Source of the DNA: Escherichia coli
Lineage (GTDB): Bacteria > Pseudomonadota > Gammaproteobacteria > Enterobacterales > Enterobacteriaceae
Length of the DNA: 64,000 bases
Assembly (NCBI RefSeq): GCF_045037415.1
Contig: NZ_CP173438.1
Strand: one strand, 5' to 3'
The position numbers and the translations under genes are program-made. The notes under the pieces are model-generated. The model was not told where the DNA came from. It worked only from the letters and a program-made list of their open reading frames with translations, and searched no databases. Numbering within the stretch: position 1 is the stretch's first letter; the number at the start of each line of letters is the position of its first letter. This document shows, in pieces, positions 28,162 through 41,634 of this stretch.

Positions 28162-28575
28162 TATTATTGTCTCTCTGTATTCCTTCCCTACTCCTGTCTG
28201 ACCCTGAAACATCACTGTTCAGAGTCGCTACCCGTCACGATAGACCGAAATCATGAAGATTCACGGCGCGCAATGCCTGGGTCTACGGTGAGAAGACCGT
28301 TGCCTTGTGGCAGCTATCGACATCACGAATGGCGTCTGTCCACGCCATACGTAGATTTCACTAGCACGGTAAACATGGTATTTACATGCATGGTTATGCG
28401 CATATAAGAATACTGTTTTTTTTCTTCCTCGAATGTTTTCGCAAAACACCAGGGGATTGTCAAAGCAAAACATCGATTTTTAGTACAACATGCCAGATAT
28501 TCATTAACAGGGGCGTTTATTCATCATTTAATCGGCTTATAAAGCGGGAAATTTAAGTAGCAGAGGTGATAATGA

Positions 28576-29670
<1,095 letters not shown>

Positions 29671-29697
29671 TTTTACAAATCAGTAACAAAAGTAAAG

Positions 29698-29736
29698 AAG
29701 GCGACACCATGCGACTATGGGTCGCCTTTATTTTTT
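29698..29736 (+). terminator. trxB rho-independent terminator
   Basis: AAGGCGAC...GTCGCCTT hairpin followed by TATTTTTT. Confidence 0.55.
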
Positions 29737-29792
29737 CCCCGTTGTAACATTGCTCTGCAAATAATTCTGATAACTCACCTGCTAAGCGTGCA

Positions 29793-31559
29793 ATGAATAA
29801 ATCCCGTCAAAAAGAATTAACCCGCTGGTTAAAACAGCAAAGCGTCATCTCCCAACGTTGGCTGAATATTTCTCGTCTGCTGGGCTTTGTGAGCGGCATA
29901 TTGATCATTGCCCAGGCCTGGTTCATGGCGCGAATTCTGCAACATATGATTATGGAGAATATTCCCCGTGAAGCCCTGCTGCTTCCCTTTACGTTACTGT
30001 TTCTGACCTTTGTACTGCGCGCATGGGTGGTCTGGTTACGCGAACGGGTGGGTTATCACGCCGGGCAGCATATCCGCTTTGCCATCCGCCGTCAGGTTCT
30101 CGACCGTCTGCAACAAGCAGGGCCAGCGTGGATTCAGGGTAAACCTGCGGGGAGCTGGGCGACGCTGGTACTCGAGCAAATTGACGATATGCATGATTAC
30201 TATGCACGCTACCTGCCGCAAATGGCGCTGGCAGTGTCGGTGCCGCTGCTGATTGTGGTGGCTATCTTCCCCTCTAACTGGGCCGCGGCGCTCATTCTGC
30301 TGGGCACTGCACCGCTAATTCCGTTATTTATGGCGCTGGTTGGAATGGGGGCTGCCGATGCTAACCGACGTAACTTTCTCGCTCTTGCTCGCTTAAGTGG
30401 GCATTTCCTCGATCGCCTGCGCGGCATGGAAACATTGCGTATTTTTGGTCGTGGTGAAGCTGAAATTGAAAGTATTCGTTCTGCTTCGGAAGATTTCCGC
30501 CAACGGACAATGGAAGTGCTACGGCTGGCGTTTTTATCCTCCGGCATTCTCGAATTTTTTACCTCGCTGTCGATTGCTCTGGTGGCGGTCTACTTTGGTT
30601 TTTCCTACCTCGGCGAGCTGGATTTTGGTCACTACGATACTGGCGTGACGCTGGCTGCGGGTTTTCTGGCCCTGATCCTTGCGCCAGAGTTTTTCCAGCC
30701 ATTACGCGATCTCGGTACGTTTTATCATGCTAAAGCCCAGGCTGTTGGTGCAGCTGACAGTTTGAAAACGTTTATGGAAACCCCGCTAGCCCATCCGCAG
30801 CGCGGTGAAGCGGAATTAGCATCGACCGATCCGGTGACCATTGAAGCCGAGGATCTGTTTATCACGTCGCCGGAAGGTAAAACGCTGGCCGGACCGCTGA
30901 ATTTTACTTTGCCAGCAGGCCAACGAGCAGTGTTGGTTGGTCGCAGCGGTTCAGGTAAAAGTTCACTGTTGAACGCGCTTTCTGGTTTTCTCTCATATCA
31001 GGGATCGCTACGAATCAACGGGATAGAATTACGCGATTTATCACCGGAATCATGGCGTAAACATCTCTCCTGGGTTGGGCAAAACCCACAATTACCGGCA
31101 GCAACATTACGGGATAACGTACTACTGGCGCGACCTGATGCCAGCGAACAAGAGTTACAAACAGCGCTGGATAACGCCTGGGTCAGTGAGTTTCTACCGC
31201 TCCTGCCACAAGGCGTTGATACGCCTGTTGGCGACCAGGCTGCCCGCCTTTCCGTGGGGCAGGCGCAGCGCGTGGCGGTGGCCCGTGCGTTACTAAATCC
31301 CTGTTCGCTATTACTGTTGGATGAACCCGCTGCCAGCCTTGATGCTCACAGTGAACAGCGCGTAATGGAGGCGCTGAATGCCGCCTCTCTGCGCCAGACA
31401 ACGTTAATGGTCACCCACCAGTTAGAAGATCTTGCTGACTGGGATGTCATTTGGGTAATGCAGGATGGTCAGATTATTGAGCAAGGACGTTACGCGGAAT
31501 TAAGTGTGGCTGGTGGCCCATTCGCCACATTACTGGCCCATCGTCAGGAGGAGATTTAA
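29793..31559 (+). CDS. cydD: cysteine/glutathione ABC exporter subunit CydD
   Basis: 588 aa, TMD + NBD with Walker A GRSGSGKSS. Confidence 0.95.
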   Translation: MNKSRQKELTRWLKQQSVISQRWLNISRLLGFVSGILIIAQAWFMARILQHMIMENIPREALLLPFTLLFLTFVLRAWVVWLRERVGYHAGQHIRFAIRRQVLDRLQQAGPAWIQGKPAGSWATLVLEQIDDMHDYYARYLPQMALAVSVPLLIVVAIFPSNWAAALILLGTAPLIPLFMALVGMGAADANRRNFLALARLSGHFLDRLRGMETLRIFGRGEAEIESIRSASEDFRQRTMEVLRLAFLSSGILEFFTSLSIALVAVYFGFSYLGELDFGHYDTGVTLAAGFLALILAPEFFQPLRDLGTFYHAKAQAVGAADSLKTFMETPLAHPQRGEAELASTDPVTIEAEDLFITSPEGKTLAGPLNFTLPAGQRAVLVGRSGSGKSSLLNALSGFLSYQGSLRINGIELRDLSPESWRKHLSWVGQNPQLPAATLRDNVLLARPDASEQELQTALDNAWVSEFLPLLPQGVDTPVGDQAARLSVGQAQRVAVARALLNPCSLLLLDEPAASLDAHSEQRVMEALNAASLRQTTLMVTHQLEDLADWDVIWVMQDGQIIEQGRYAELSVAGGPFATLLAHRQEEI

Positions 31560-33281
31560 ATGCGCGCTTTGCTACCCTATCTGGCACTGTATAAACGTCA
31601 TAAATGGATGTTAAGTCTTGGTATCGTGCTGGCAATTGTCACGCTGCTCGCCAGTATCGGTCTGTTGACACTTTCGGGCTGGTTCCTCTCCGCCTCAGCG
31701 GTTGCGGGGGTTGCCGGACTGTACAGCTTCAACTATATGCTACCCGCTGCGGGCGTGCGTGGCGCAGCAATCACCCGTACTGCCGGGCGCTATTTTGAAC
31801 GCCTGGTAAGTCACGATGCGACTTTCCGCGTGTTGCAGCATCTGCGCATTTACACCTTCAGCAAATTACTGCCCCTCTCCCCTGCAGGACTGGCGCGCTA
31901 TCGTCAGGGCGAATTACTCAACCGCGTGGTGGCGGATGTTGATACGCTCGATCATCTTTACCTGCGCGTTATCTCGCCGCTGGTAGGCGCTTTTGTGGTG
32001 ATTATGGTGGTGACAATCGGGTTAAGTTTCCTTGATTTCACCCTCGCCTTTACGCTGGGCGGCATTATGTTACTGACGCTTTTCCTGATGCCACCACTGT
32101 TTTATCGTGCGGGAAAAAGCACCGGGCAAAATCTGACTCATCTTCGCGGGCAGTATCGCCAACAACTGACGGCCTGGCTGCAAGGGCAAGCTGAGCTGAC
32201 CATTTTTGGTGCCAGCGATCGTTATCGCACGCAATTAGAGAATACAGAAATTCAATGGCTGGAAGCGCAACGCCGTCAATCTGAACTAACCGCATTGTCG
32301 CAAGCGATAATGCTGCTCATTGGCGCGTTAGCGGTGATCCTGATGCTGTGGATGGCGTCTGGCGGCGTTGGCGGCAATGCTCAACCCGGCGCGTTAATTG
32401 CCCTGTTTGTCTTCTGCGCGTTAGCCGCGTTTGAAGCGCTGGCACCAGTAACGGGTGCATTTCAGCATCTGGGGCAAGTCATTGCCTCTGCCGTACGGAT
32501 CACTGATTTAACGGATCAAAAACCGAAAGTCACCTTCCCTGATACCCAAACTCGTGTTGCCGATCGCGTTTCGCTGACATTACGGGATGTTCAGTTCACT
32601 TATCCGGAGCAATCCCAACAGGCACTTAAAGGGATTTATCTTCAGGTAAACGCCGGGGAACATATTGCGATTCTCGGGCGAACCGGATGCGGCAAGTCAA
32701 CACTGTTACAACTGCTGACCCGCGCATGGGACCCGCAACAGGGCGAGATTTTGCTTAACGATAGTCCCATAGCCAGCCTGAATGAAGCGGCTCTACGACA
32801 GACCATCAGCGTTGTTCCCCAGCGAGTGCATCTGTTTAGCGCCACGCTGCGTGATAATCTGTTACTCGCCTCGCCTGGTAGTAGTGATGAGGCTCTGGCG
32901 GAGATCTTGCGTCGCGTTGGTCTGGAGAAGCTGCTCGAGGATGCAGGTCTCAACAGTTGGTTAGGTGAAGGCGGACGCCAGCTCTCCGGTGGTGAACTGC
33001 GCCGTCTGGCTATCGCCCGTGCGCTGTTACATGATGCGCCGCTGGTATTGCTGGATGAACCTACAGAAGGCTTAGATGCCACAACCGAAAGTCAGATCCT
33101 TGAATTGCTTGCAGAAATGATGTGCGAGAAAACGGTGTTAATGGTCACCCATCGACTTCGCGGGCTCTCTCGTTTCCAACAAATAATAGTGATGGACAAC
33201 GGGCAAATTATTGAGCAAGGTACTCACGCAGAACTGCTTGCCAGACAGGGGCGTTATTACCAGTTTAAGCAGGGTTTGTAA
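31560..33281 (+). CDS. cydC: cysteine/glutathione ABC exporter subunit CydC
   Basis: 573 aa, TMD + NBD (GRTGCGKST), directly follows cydD. Confidence 0.95.
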   Translation: MRALLPYLALYKRHKWMLSLGIVLAIVTLLASIGLLTLSGWFLSASAVAGVAGLYSFNYMLPAAGVRGAAITRTAGRYFERLVSHDATFRVLQHLRIYTFSKLLPLSPAGLARYRQGELLNRVVADVDTLDHLYLRVISPLVGAFVVIMVVTIGLSFLDFTLAFTLGGIMLLTLFLMPPLFYRAGKSTGQNLTHLRGQYRQQLTAWLQGQAELTIFGASDRYRTQLENTEIQWLEAQRRQSELTALSQAIMLLIGALAVILMLWMASGGVGGNAQPGALIALFVFCALAAFEALAPVTGAFQHLGQVIASAVRITDLTDQKPKVTFPDTQTRVADRVSLTLRDVQFTYPEQSQQALKGIYLQVNAGEHIAILGRTGCGKSTLLQLLTRAWDPQQGEILLNDSPIASLNEAALRQTISVVPQRVHLFSATLRDNLLLASPGSSDEALAEILRRVGLEKLLEDAGLNSWLGEGGRQLSGGELRRLAIARALLHDAPLVLLDEPTEGLDATTESQILELLAEMMCEKTVLMVTHRLRGLSRFQQIIVMDNGQIIEQGTHAELLARQGRYYQFKQGL

Positions 33282-33322
33282 GCTATTATTGAACGATCCG
33301 ACTTGCGTGGAGTTTTGCGGTC

Positions 33323-34027
33323 ATGCGCCTGGTTCAGCTTTCTCGCCATTCAATAGCCTTCCCTTCCCCGGAAGGCGCATTACGTGAGCCTAACGGCCTG
33401 CTGGCACTGGGGGGCGATCTTAGCCCTGCGCGCCTATTAATGGCTTATCAGCGTGGTATTTTCCCGTGGTTTTCTCCTGGCGACCCCATCCTCTGGTGGT
33501 CGCCCGATCCCCGCGCGGTGTTATGGCCAGAATCACTGCATATCAGCCGTAGTATGAAGCGATTTCATAAACGCTCACCCTATCGTGTCACGATGAATTA
33601 CGCTTTTGGTCAGGTCATCGAAGGCTGTGCCAGCGATCGCGAAGAAGGAACCTGGATCACGCGTGGCGTGGTCGAAGCCTACCATCGCCTTCACGAACTC
33701 GGTCATGCCCACTCCATTGAAGTCTGGCGTGAAGATGAGCTTGTCGGCGGTATGTACGGCGTGGCCCAGGGAACACTATTTTGTGGCGAGTCCATGTTCA
33801 GCCGGATGGAAAATGCGTCCAAAACGGCGCTTCTGGTCTTCTGTGATGAATTTATCCGTCATGGCGGTAAACTTATCGACTGCCAGGTCCTTAACGATCA
33901 CACAGCATCGCTTGGTGCCTGCGAAATTCCCCGCCGGGATTACCTTAATTATCTCAATCAAATGCGCCTCGGACGATTGTCGAATAATTTCTGGGTACCT
34001 CGATGCTTGTTTTCACCACAAGAATGA
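33323..34027 (+). CDS. aat: leucyl/phenylalanyl-tRNA-protein transferase
   Basis: 234 aa, [50 protein letters not shown]... Confidence 0.95.
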   Translation: MRLVQLSRHSIAFPSPEGALREPNGLLALGGDLSPARLLMAYQRGIFPWFSPGDPILWWSPDPRAVLWPESLHISRSMKRFHKRSPYRVTMNYAFGQVIEGCASDREEGTWITRGVVEAYHRLHELGHAHSIEVWREDELVGGMYGVAQGTLFCGESMFSRMENASKTALLVFCDEFIRHGGKLIDCQVLNDHTASLGACEIPRRDYLNYLNQMRLGRLSNNFWVPRCLFSPQE

Positions 34028-34308
34028 ATGTTTTCGGCACATTTCTCCCCAGAGTGTTATAATTGCGGTCGCAGAGTTGGTTACGCTCATTACCCCGCTG
34101 CCGATAAGGAATTTTTCGCGTCAGGTAACGCCCATCGTTTATCTCACCGCTCCCTTATACGTTGCGCTTTTGGTGCGGCTTAGCCGTGTGTTTTCGGAGT
34201 AATGTGCCGAACCTGTTTGTTGCGATTTAGCGCGCAAATCTTTACTTATTTACAGAACTTCGGCATTATCTTGCCGGTTCAAATTACGGTAGTGATACCC
34301 CAGAGGAT

Positions 34309-34530
<222 letters not shown>

Positions 34531-34711
34531 TTGTTTTACCGCCTGATGGGCGAAGAGAAAGAATGAGTAAAAGGTCGGTTTAGCCGGCCTTTTTATTTTG
34601 TGATATGTATGGAGTACTTTAGAAGTATAAGTCCGTAACTTGTCTCGATGTAGATATACTGCACAACTTGTTTACAGTATGAGCAAACAATAATTATCAT
34701 AAAAATTCTTC

Positions 34712-34740
34712 TTGACCGTTTTATTCCAACTCCCTATAGT
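34712..34740 (+). promoter_or_regulatory. probable sigma70 promoter of serW
   Basis: -35 TTGACC, 17-bp spacer, -10 TATAGT, ~45 bp upstream of tRNA. Confidence 0.5.
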
Positions 34741-34783
34741 AGCGCCCCGTTGCCCCCCATGAGGTCAGGCAAAAAAACAATTT

Positions 34784-34871
34784 GGTGAGGTGTCCGAGTG
34801 GCTGAAGGAGCACGCCTGGAAAGTGTGTATACGGCAACGTATCGGGGGTTCGAATCCCCCCCTCACCGCCA
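34784..34871 (+). tRNA. serW: tRNA-Ser (anticodon GGA)
   Basis: GGTGAGGTGTCCGAGTGGCTGAAGGAGCACGCCTGGAAAGTGTG...GGTTCGAATCCCCCCCTCACCGCCA: acceptor stem pairing, long variable arm, T-loop GGTTCGAATCC, 3' CCA. Confidence 0.93.
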
Positions 34872-34922
34872 TATTTAAAGAAGAGCTCGTACGAAAGTAC
34901 GGGCTTTTTTTTCGCATTTTAT

Positions 34923-35003
34923 CTGCCTGTACGGCAGTGAACTTGTCATTATTGGCAGACAGGATCCGCGGCAATTTCTAAGCTGCCTGTACGGCAGTGA
35001 ACT
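34923..35003 (+). repeat. two copies of a 21-bp direct repeat (CTGCCTGTACGGCAGTGAACT) spaced 60 bp apart downstream of serW
   Basis: Exact copies at 34923-34943 and 34983-35003; each contains short dyad CTGCC..GGCAG. Confidence 0.8.
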
Positions 35004-35149
35004 CAAATACTACACGTTTAGCCCGTTGTTAATAAAGCAAAACCATCTCAATCTCCTGCTGCCACCCTTTTTTATCCTTACCTACCCGCAGCACTAATTA
35101 TCAATAACTTACCATCATCATCAAAAAAAGGGTCTGAACCTCCTCCCCC

Positions 35150-35192
35150 CATAAATAAAAAGTCCGTAACCCCTGACGAGATTACGGACTTC
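35150..35192 (-). terminator. clpA rho-independent terminator
   Basis: AGTCCGTAACCCCTGACGAGATTACGGACT hairpin with T-run on minus strand. Confidence 0.55.
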
Positions 35193-35214
35193 ACCAACCT
35201 ACCAGACAATCAGA

Positions 35215-37491
35215 TTAATGCGCTGCTTCCGCCTTGTGCTTTTGTGCACTCTGGAATCCGTAAGTCAGCTCATTTTTCTCTTTATCCAGCGCGACGGTGA
35301 CCTGACCGCCGTCCACCAGCGAACCAAACAGCAGTTCGTTGGCGAGCGGTTTTTTCAGGTTGTCCTGGATGACACGCGCCATCGGACGTGCGCCCATTGC
35401 CCGGTCGTAACCTTTCTCGGCCAGCCAGTTACGCGCTTCCTGGCTCACTTCCAGAGAAACACCTTTCTGATCCAACTGAACCTGCAACTCGACGATGAAT
35501 TTATCCACCACCTGATGGATCACGTCGGTTGACAGATGATCGAACCAGATAATGTTGTCGAGACGGTTACGGAATTCCGGTGTAAAGATCTTCTTGATCT
35601 CTTCCATCGCATCGGTGCTGTTATCCTGGTGGATAAGACCAATGGATTTGCGCTCAGTTTCCCGTACCCCGGCATTAGTGGTCATCACCAGCACCACGTT
35701 ACGGAAGTCCGCTTTGCGTCCGTTGTTATCGGTCAGCGTACCGTTATCCATCACCTGCAACAGAATATTGAACACGTCCGGGTGCGCTTTCTCGATTTCG
35801 TCCAGCAGCAGCACCGCATGTGGATGCTTGATGACCGCATCAGTCAGCAAACCGCCCTGATCAAAACCAACGTATCCCGGAGGCGCACCAATCAGACGGC
35901 TGACGGTATGGCGTTCCATATACTCGGACATATCAAAGCGCAGAAGCTCAATGCCCAACGCTTTCGAAAGCTGTACCGTCACCTCTGTTTTCCCGACCCC
36001 AGTAGGGCCGGCAAACAGGAACGAACCGACCGGTTTATGTTCGTGACCTAAACCTGCACGCGCCATCTTAATGGCTTCAGTCAGCGCCTCAATGGCTTTA
36101 TCCTGACCGAAGACCAGCATTTTCAGGCGATCGCCGAGGTTTTTCAGGGTATCGCGGTCACTCTGAGAAACACTCTTCTCTGGAATGCGTGCAATACGGG
36201 CCACCACGGATTCAATATCCGCCACATTAACGGTTTTCTTGCGTTTGCTTACCGGCATCAGACGTGCGCGAGCGCCCGCTTCGTCGATAACATCAATCGC
36301 TTTATCCGGCAGATGACGATCGTTAATGTATTTCACCGCCAGCTCTACCGCCGCACGCACCGCTTTTGCGGTATAACGCACGTCGTGGTGCGCTTCATAC
36401 TTCGGTTTCAGGCCATTGATGATTTGAACAGTTTCTTCGATTGACGGTTCAGTAATATCAATTTTCTGGAAGCGACGCGCCAGAGCACGGTCTTTCTCGA
36501 AAATGTTGCTGAACTCCTGATAGGTTGTCGAACCAATTACGCGGATTTTACCGCTGGAGAGCAACGGTTTAATCAGGTTAGCCGCATCGACCTGGCCACC
36601 AGACGCTGCACCCGCACCGATAATGGTGTGGATCTCATCAATAAACAGGATGCTGTTAGTGTCCTGCTCCAGCTGCTTGAGCAACGCTTTAAAACGTTTT
36701 TCAAAGTCGCCGCGATATTTTGTGCCCGCTAACAGGGAACCGATATCGAGAGAGTAAATCGTACAGTCAGCCATCACTTCCGGCACATCGCCCTGAACAA
36801 TTCGCCATGCAAGCCCCTCCGCAATCGCGGTTTTACCGACACCAGACTCCCCCACCAGCAGCGGGTTGTTTTTACGGCGACGGCAGAGAACCTGAATAGC
36901 ACGCTCCAGCTCCTTCTCACGACCAATTAGTGGGTCGATTCCGCCCACTCGCGCAAGCTGATTCAGGTTCGTCGTGAAATTCTCCATACGTTCCTCCCCA
37001 CCAGCTTGTTCTTCGCTGTTTGGCTGGCTGCCAGGATCAGAAGACTGTGTCGGCTCGTCTTTACGCGTGCCATGAGAGATAAAGTTCACCACATCGAGAC
37101 GGCTGACTTCATGTTTGCGCAACAGATATGCCGCCTGCGACTCCTGTTCGCTAAAGATAGCGACCAGAACGTTTGCACCGGTAACCTCATTGCGACCGGA
37201 GGACTGGACATGGAAGACCGCACGTTGCAGTACACGCTGAAAACTCAACGTCGGCTGTGTGTCGCGCTCCTCTTCACTGGCAGGCAGAACGGGTGTGGTT
37301 TGTTCAATAAAGGCTTCCAGTTCCTGACGGAGCGCAACCAAATCTACAGAACACGCTTCCAGCGCCTCCCGGGCAGATGGGTTACTGAGCAGCGCCAGTA
37401 ACAAGTGCTCGACGGTCATAAACTCATGACGGTGCTCGCGCGCTCTGGCGAAAGCCATATTTAAACTGAGTTCCAGTTCTTGATTGAGCAT
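35215..37491 (-). CDS. clpA: ATP-dependent Clp protease ATP-binding subunit ClpA
   Basis: [35 protein letters not shown]..., two AAA+ modules ([16 protein letters not shown]). Confidence 0.97.
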   Translation of the reverse strand: MLNQELELSLNMAFARAREHRHEFMTVEHLLLALLSNPSAREALEACSVDLVALRQELEAFIEQTTPVLPASEEERDTQPTLSFQRVLQRAVFHVQSSGRNEVTGANVLVAIFSEQESQAAYLLRKHEVSRLDVVNFISHGTRKDEPTQSSDPGSQPNSEEQAGGEERMENFTTNLNQLARVGGIDPLIGREKELERAIQVLCRRRKNNPLLVGESGVGKTAIAEGLAWRIVQGDVPEVMADCTIYSLDIGSLLAGTKYRGDFEKRFKALLKQLEQDTNSILFIDEIHTIIGAGAASGGQVDAANLIKPLLSSGKIRVIGSTTYQEFSNIFEKDRALARRFQKIDITEPSIEETVQIINGLKPKYEAHHDVRYTAKAVRAAVELAVKYINDRHLPDKAIDVIDEAGARARLMPVSKRKKTVNVADIESVVARIARIPEKSVSQSDRDTLKNLGDRLKMLVFGQDKAIEALTEAIKMARAGLGHEHKPVGSFLFAGPTGVGKTEVTVQLSKALGIELLRFDMSEYMERHTVSRLIGAPPGYVGFDQGGLLTDAVIKHPHAVLLLDEIEKAHPDVFNILLQVMDNGTLTDNNGRKADFRNVVLVMTTNAGVRETERKSIGLIHQDNSTDAMEEIKKIFTPEFRNRLDNIIWFDHLSTDVIHQVVDKFIVELQVQLDQKGVSLEVSQEARNWLAEKGYDRAMGARPMARVIQDNLKKPLANELLFGSLVDGGQVTVALDKEKNELTYGFQSAQKHKAEAAH

Positions 37492-37521
37492 AGGCACCTC
37501 CCCCAATTTTTATGCCTGCAT

Positions 37522-37842
37522 TCAGGCTTTTTCTAGCGTACACAGCAATGGATGCTCATTCTCCCTCGCGTACTTGTTCACCATCGCCACTTTGGTTTCT
37601 GCAACCTCAGCGGTAAAGACTCCGCAAATGGCCTTCCCCTGGTAGTGAACAGCGAGCATCAATTGCGTTGCACGTTCTACATCATAAGAAAAGAATTTTT
37701 GTAACACGTCAATAACAAACTCCATCGGAGTATAATCATCATTGACTAATATCACTTTATACATAGATGGCGGTTTTAGCGCGTCGCGAACTTTTTCTTC
37801 CGCCAGTTGATCAAAGTCCAGCCAGTCGTTCGTTTTACCCAT
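37522..37842 (-). CDS. clpS: ClpS adaptor protein
   Basis: 106 aa, [47 protein letters not shown]... Confidence 0.97.
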
Positions 37843-38164
37843 TGTCAGTTATCATCTTCGGTTACGGTTATCGGCAGAACGCCCTGCCGCTGACAAGAGC
37901 TTATTTGCCTGACCAATCTACTCCACATGATAGATAACTATCATCTATCGTTGGCATCAGCGACATCTGTCACATTCCTGTCAATAGCGTTAACTGCTTC
38001 AAATTTTTGATTCATACCTGCCCCCTGGCCCCTGTCAAATGCTTGACGGCTCGCCCTAATTCTCTAAATTGTATTTCTAGAGTTGGCGAGGTTTTGAACA
38101 GCCCCCTCTCTGACCCCGGTTTATTCCATCTTACTTGTATAAGATTTGCGAAGGATGTCGAAGC

Positions 38165-38389
38165 ATGGAAAAGGGTACTGTTAAGTGGTTCAACAATGCC
38201 AAAGGGTTTGGTTTCATCTGCCCTGAAGGCGGCGGCGAAGATATTTTCGCTCATTATTCCACCATTCAGATGGATGGTTACAGAACGCTAAAAGCTGGAC
38301 AATCCGTTCAGTTTGATGTCCACCAGGGGCCAAAAGGCAATCACGCCAGTGTTATTGTGCCCGTCGAAGTAGAAGCGGCAGTCGCATAG
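38165..38389 (+). CDS. cspD: cold-shock-domain protein CspD
   Basis: MEKGTVKWFNNAKGFGFICPEGGGEDIFAHYSTIQMDGYRTLKAGQSVQFDVHQGPKGNHASVIVP. Confidence 0.96.
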   Translation: MEKGTVKWFNNAKGFGFICPEGGGEDIFAHYSTIQMDGYRTLKAGQSVQFDVHQGPKGNHASVIVPVEVEAAVA

Positions 38390-38421
38390 CTCTTCTGTCT
38401 CATTGTGTACATCCTAAAGGC

Positions 38422-38451
38422 AAAATGCCAGCCCGATCGGCTGGCATTTTT
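38422..38451. terminator. bidirectional terminator between cspD and macB
   Basis: AAAATGCCAGCCCGATCGGCTGGCATTTTT. Confidence 0.6.
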
Positions 38452-38461
38452 ATCTCAAAAA

Positions 38462-40408
38462 TTACTCCCGTGCCAGAGCATCTACTGGATCCAGTCGTGC
38501 CGCATTTCGTGCGGGTAACCAGCCAAATAAAATCCCGGTGACCGTCGAGCAGAGAAACGCCAGCAGCAGCGCTAACGGTGAAAAACCAATCTCCCAGCCG
38601 GGTAAGAAAAGCTGCAAGGTGAAAGCAATTAACAGTGACAGTGTTATTCCCAAAGCGCCACCAACCAGGCAAACCAGTACGGCTTCGATCAGAAACTGTT
38701 GCAAAACATCGCTTGCTCGCGCACCTACAGCCATGCGAATGCCAATTTCCCGCGTCCGCTCGGTCACTGACACCAGCATAATATTCATTACACCAATACC
38801 GCCCACCACCAGCGAAATCACCGCCACCAGCGTCAGAAACAGTTGTAAAGTACGTGTGGTCTTTTCAACGGTTTTCAAGACGCCATCCATGTTCCAGGTA
38901 AAGAAATCCTTCTTACCGTGGCGCAGTGAAAGTAAACGCGTGAGTTGCTGTTCCGCCTCAGCGCTGTCAAAGCCTTCTTTCACCCTGACAGTTATGGAGT
39001 TCAGCCACGACTGACCCATAACTCGCCCGGACATCGTGCTGTATGGCAGCCAGACACGCAGCACTTTACTGCTACCAAACATCGACTGTTTTTCTTCCGC
39101 CACACCAATGACTCTGGCGGGCATATTGCCAACCAGAATCACCTCGCCAACCACATCTGCTTTATGGGGGAAAAGCTGGCGGCGAGTATTACTGTCGAGA
39201 ACCACGACCTGCGCACGACCGTTCAGCTGCTCCTGATTAAAGGTGTTCCCTTCACTGAAAGTCATGCCATAGACATTAAAATAATCGCCGCTCACGCCAT
39301 TGGCACTGGCAGCCACATCAACATTGTTATAACGCAGGCGCAGGTTTTGCGAGACGGCAGGTGTGGCTGAGGCGACCCACGGTTGTTTTTGGATGGCGAT
39401 TAAGTCGTCGTACTTCAGCGCCTGCTGATATTGCGGATCGTCATCGCCAAAATCTTTCCCGGGATAGACATCAATAGTATTCGTACCAATAGAACGAATA
39501 TCCGCCAGCACCATTTGTTTGGCGGCGTCGCCCACCACGACAATGGAAACCACCGACGCAATACCGATAATAATCCCCAGCATGGTCAGTAAAGTACGCA
39601 TTTTATTCGCTGCCAGCGCCCGCCATGCCATCGTCAGCGCCTCGTTAAAACCGCTGACAAACTGCCGCCAGCCAGACGCCGTGTTGACAACAGGTTCCGT
39701 TCCGCCAGTAGCATTCACTTTTTCAATGGCGGGAGGATTGCGCACAATTTCGCCGTCGCGAATTTCGATCACCCGCTCGGCCTGAGCAGCAACCTGCGGA
39801 TCGTGTGTGACGATAATCACCGTATGCCCGCGATCGCGCAGCTGATGCAGGATCGCCATCACCTCTTCGCCAGAATGGCTGTCCAGTGCGCCGGTCGGTT
39901 CATCGGCAAGAATTACCTGACCGCCGTTCATCAATGCCCGCGCGATACTGACGCGCTGTTGCTGGCCACCCGAAAGCTGTGCCGGGTAATACTCTGTACG
40001 GTCTTCCAGCCCCAGTCGTTGCAGTAACTCCTGGGCGCGAAGCAGCCGCTGTTTCCACTCAAGACCGGCATAGACGGCGGGTACTTCAACGTTCTGCTCG
40101 GCGGTTAAATGCGAAAGCAAATGGTAACGCTGGAAAATAAAGCCGAAATGCTCGCGGCGCAGTTGCGCCAGCGCATCGGCGTCCAGCGTGGCAACATCCT
40201 GACCGGCGACGCGATAGGTGCCGCTGGTGGCCTTATCCAGGCAGCCGAGAATATTCATCAGGGTCGATTTACCAGAACCCGAAGCACCGACAATCGCTAC
40301 CATCTCACCGGCATAAATATCGAGGCTGATGCCCTTCAGCACCTCAACCTGCTCATCACCGGCAGGATAGCTGCGACGAATATCCTTTAATTCGAGCAAA
40401 GGCGTCAT
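38462..40408 (-). CDS. macB: macrolide ABC exporter ATPase/permease MacB
   Basis: 648 aa, N-terminal NBD (GASGSGKST) + C-terminal FtsX-like permease. Confidence 0.95.
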   Translation of the reverse strand: MTPLLELKDIRRSYPAGDEQVEVLKGISLDIYAGEMVAIVGASGSGKSTLMNILGCLDKATSGTYRVAGQDVATLDADALAQLRREHFGFIFQRYHLLSHLTAEQNVEVPAVYAGLEWKQRLLRAQELLQRLGLEDRTEYYPAQLSGGQQQRVSIARALMNGGQVILADEPTGALDSHSGEEVMAILHQLRDRGHTVIIVTHDPQVAAQAERVIEIRDGEIVRNPPAIEKVNATGGTEPVVNTASGWRQFVSGFNEALTMAWRALAANKMRTLLTMLGIIIGIASVVSIVVVGDAAKQMVLADIRSIGTNTIDVYPGKDFGDDDPQYQQALKYDDLIAIQKQPWVASATPAVSQNLRLRYNNVDVAASANGVSGDYFNVYGMTFSEGNTFNQEQLNGRAQVVVLDSNTRRQLFPHKADVVGEVILVGNMPARVIGVAEEKQSMFGSSKVLRVWLPYSTMSGRVMGQSWLNSITVRVKEGFDSAEAEQQLTRLLSLRHGKKDFFTWNMDGVLKTVEKTTRTLQLFLTLVAVISLVVGGIGVMNIMLVSVTERTREIGIRMAVGARASDVLQQFLIEAVLVCLVGGALGITLSLLIAFTLQLFLPGWEIGFSPLALLLAFLCSTVTGILFGWLPARNAARLDPVDALARE

Positions 40409-41520
40409 TGCGCAGCTCCTGGTTTGGCCTCACCAATCACCACTTCATCGCCCGCTTCCAGCCCTTTGACAATCTCAACATCGGTATCGTTACGTGCGCC
40501 AATCGTCACTTCACGCTCGCGTGTTTCACCATTACGCAACAATTTGACTTTATAACGATTATCGCCAACCGGATCGCCTAACGCCGACAGAGGGATCGTC
40601 AGCACATTTTTCACATCGGTGAGCTGAATATGCACTTGCGCGGTCATATCCAGCCGCAGTAAACCATTGGGGTTGGGTACTTCAAAACGGGCGTAATAGA
40701 AAATAGCGTCGTTAATCTTTTCCGGCGTCGGTAGCACATCCTTGATTTGCCCCTCGTAGCGCGTCAGTGGATCGCCAAGCACCGTAAACCAGGCTTTTTG
40801 CCCCGGCTTCAGGTGGATTACATCCGCTTCAGAAACCTGCGCTTTTACCAGCATGGTGCTCATATCTGCCAGCGTCAGAATGTTCGGTGCTTGTTGTGCG
40901 GCAATCACCGTCTGGCCTTGCAGAGTGGTGATTTGCGTGACTTCCCCGGCCATCGGGGCAACGATGCGGGTGTAATCGAGATTGGTTTTAGCCGTATCGA
41001 GAGAGGCCTGATTGCGCTTGATTTGCGCGTCAATGGTGCCAATTTGCGCCTGTTTCACAGCCATCTCCGTCGCGGCGTTATCGAGATCCTGCTGTGAAAC
41101 CGCTTGCGTTTGTGCAAGACGTTGCTGACGGGAATACGTCACCCGCGCCAGTTTCAGCTCCGCTTCCGCCTGCTGCCGCTGCGCGCGTAGCTCCATCAGC
41201 GTTGCTTCCACCTCCTTGATCTGGTTTTCAGCCTGTTCAGGATCAATAACCCCTAAAAGCTGGTCTTTTTTTACTTTATCGCCAATCGCCACCGACAGCG
41301 TTTTCAACTGACCGCTGACCTGCGCGCCCACGTCAACCTTACGCAGCGCGTCCAGCTTTCCGGTCGCCAGCACGCTTTGCTGTAAATCACCGGGGCGCAC
41401 AATCAGCGTCTGATAAGTCGGCACGGGTGCGTTAAGAATTCTCCATAACGTAATCAGCCCGGCGATGACTATCACCATCGCAATAACGTAACGCTTCTTC
41501 ACGGTTTTCCGCTTTTTCAT
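40405..41520 (-). CDS. macA: macrolide exporter periplasmic adaptor MacA
   Basis: [32 protein letters not shown]...; membrane fusion protein; overlaps macB start. Confidence 0.95.
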   Translation of the reverse strand: MKKRKTVKKRYVIAMVIVIAGLITLWRILNAPVPTYQTLIVRPGDLQQSVLATGKLDALRKVDVGAQVSGQLKTLSVAIGDKVKKDQLLGVIDPEQAENQIKEVEATLMELRAQRQQAEAELKLARVTYSRQQRLAQTQAVSQQDLDNAATEMAVKQAQIGTIDAQIKRNQASLDTAKTNLDYTRIVAPMAGEVTQITTLQGQTVIAAQQAPNILTLADMSTMLVKAQVSEADVIHLKPGQKAWFTVLGDPLTRYEGQIKDVLPTPEKINDAIFYYARFEVPNPNGLLRLDMTAQVHIQLTDVKNVLTIPLSALGDPVGDNRYKVKLLRNGETREREVTIGARNDTDVEIVKGLEAGDEVVIGEAKPGAAQ

Positions 41521-41634
41521 AAATATTCTGAATACTCCATATGCCAATCCGGGTCATTAACTTCAACGAAATATCAACAAAACCCTAAAATTTACGTTAA
41601 TAATCACACTATTGATGTTTGGTTAAGATACGCA

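Noticed and set aside
28261-28473. 70-aa minus-strand ORF between lrp and trxB
   Set aside because: Lies in the divergent regulatory region; no RBS or conservation signal; likely spurious.
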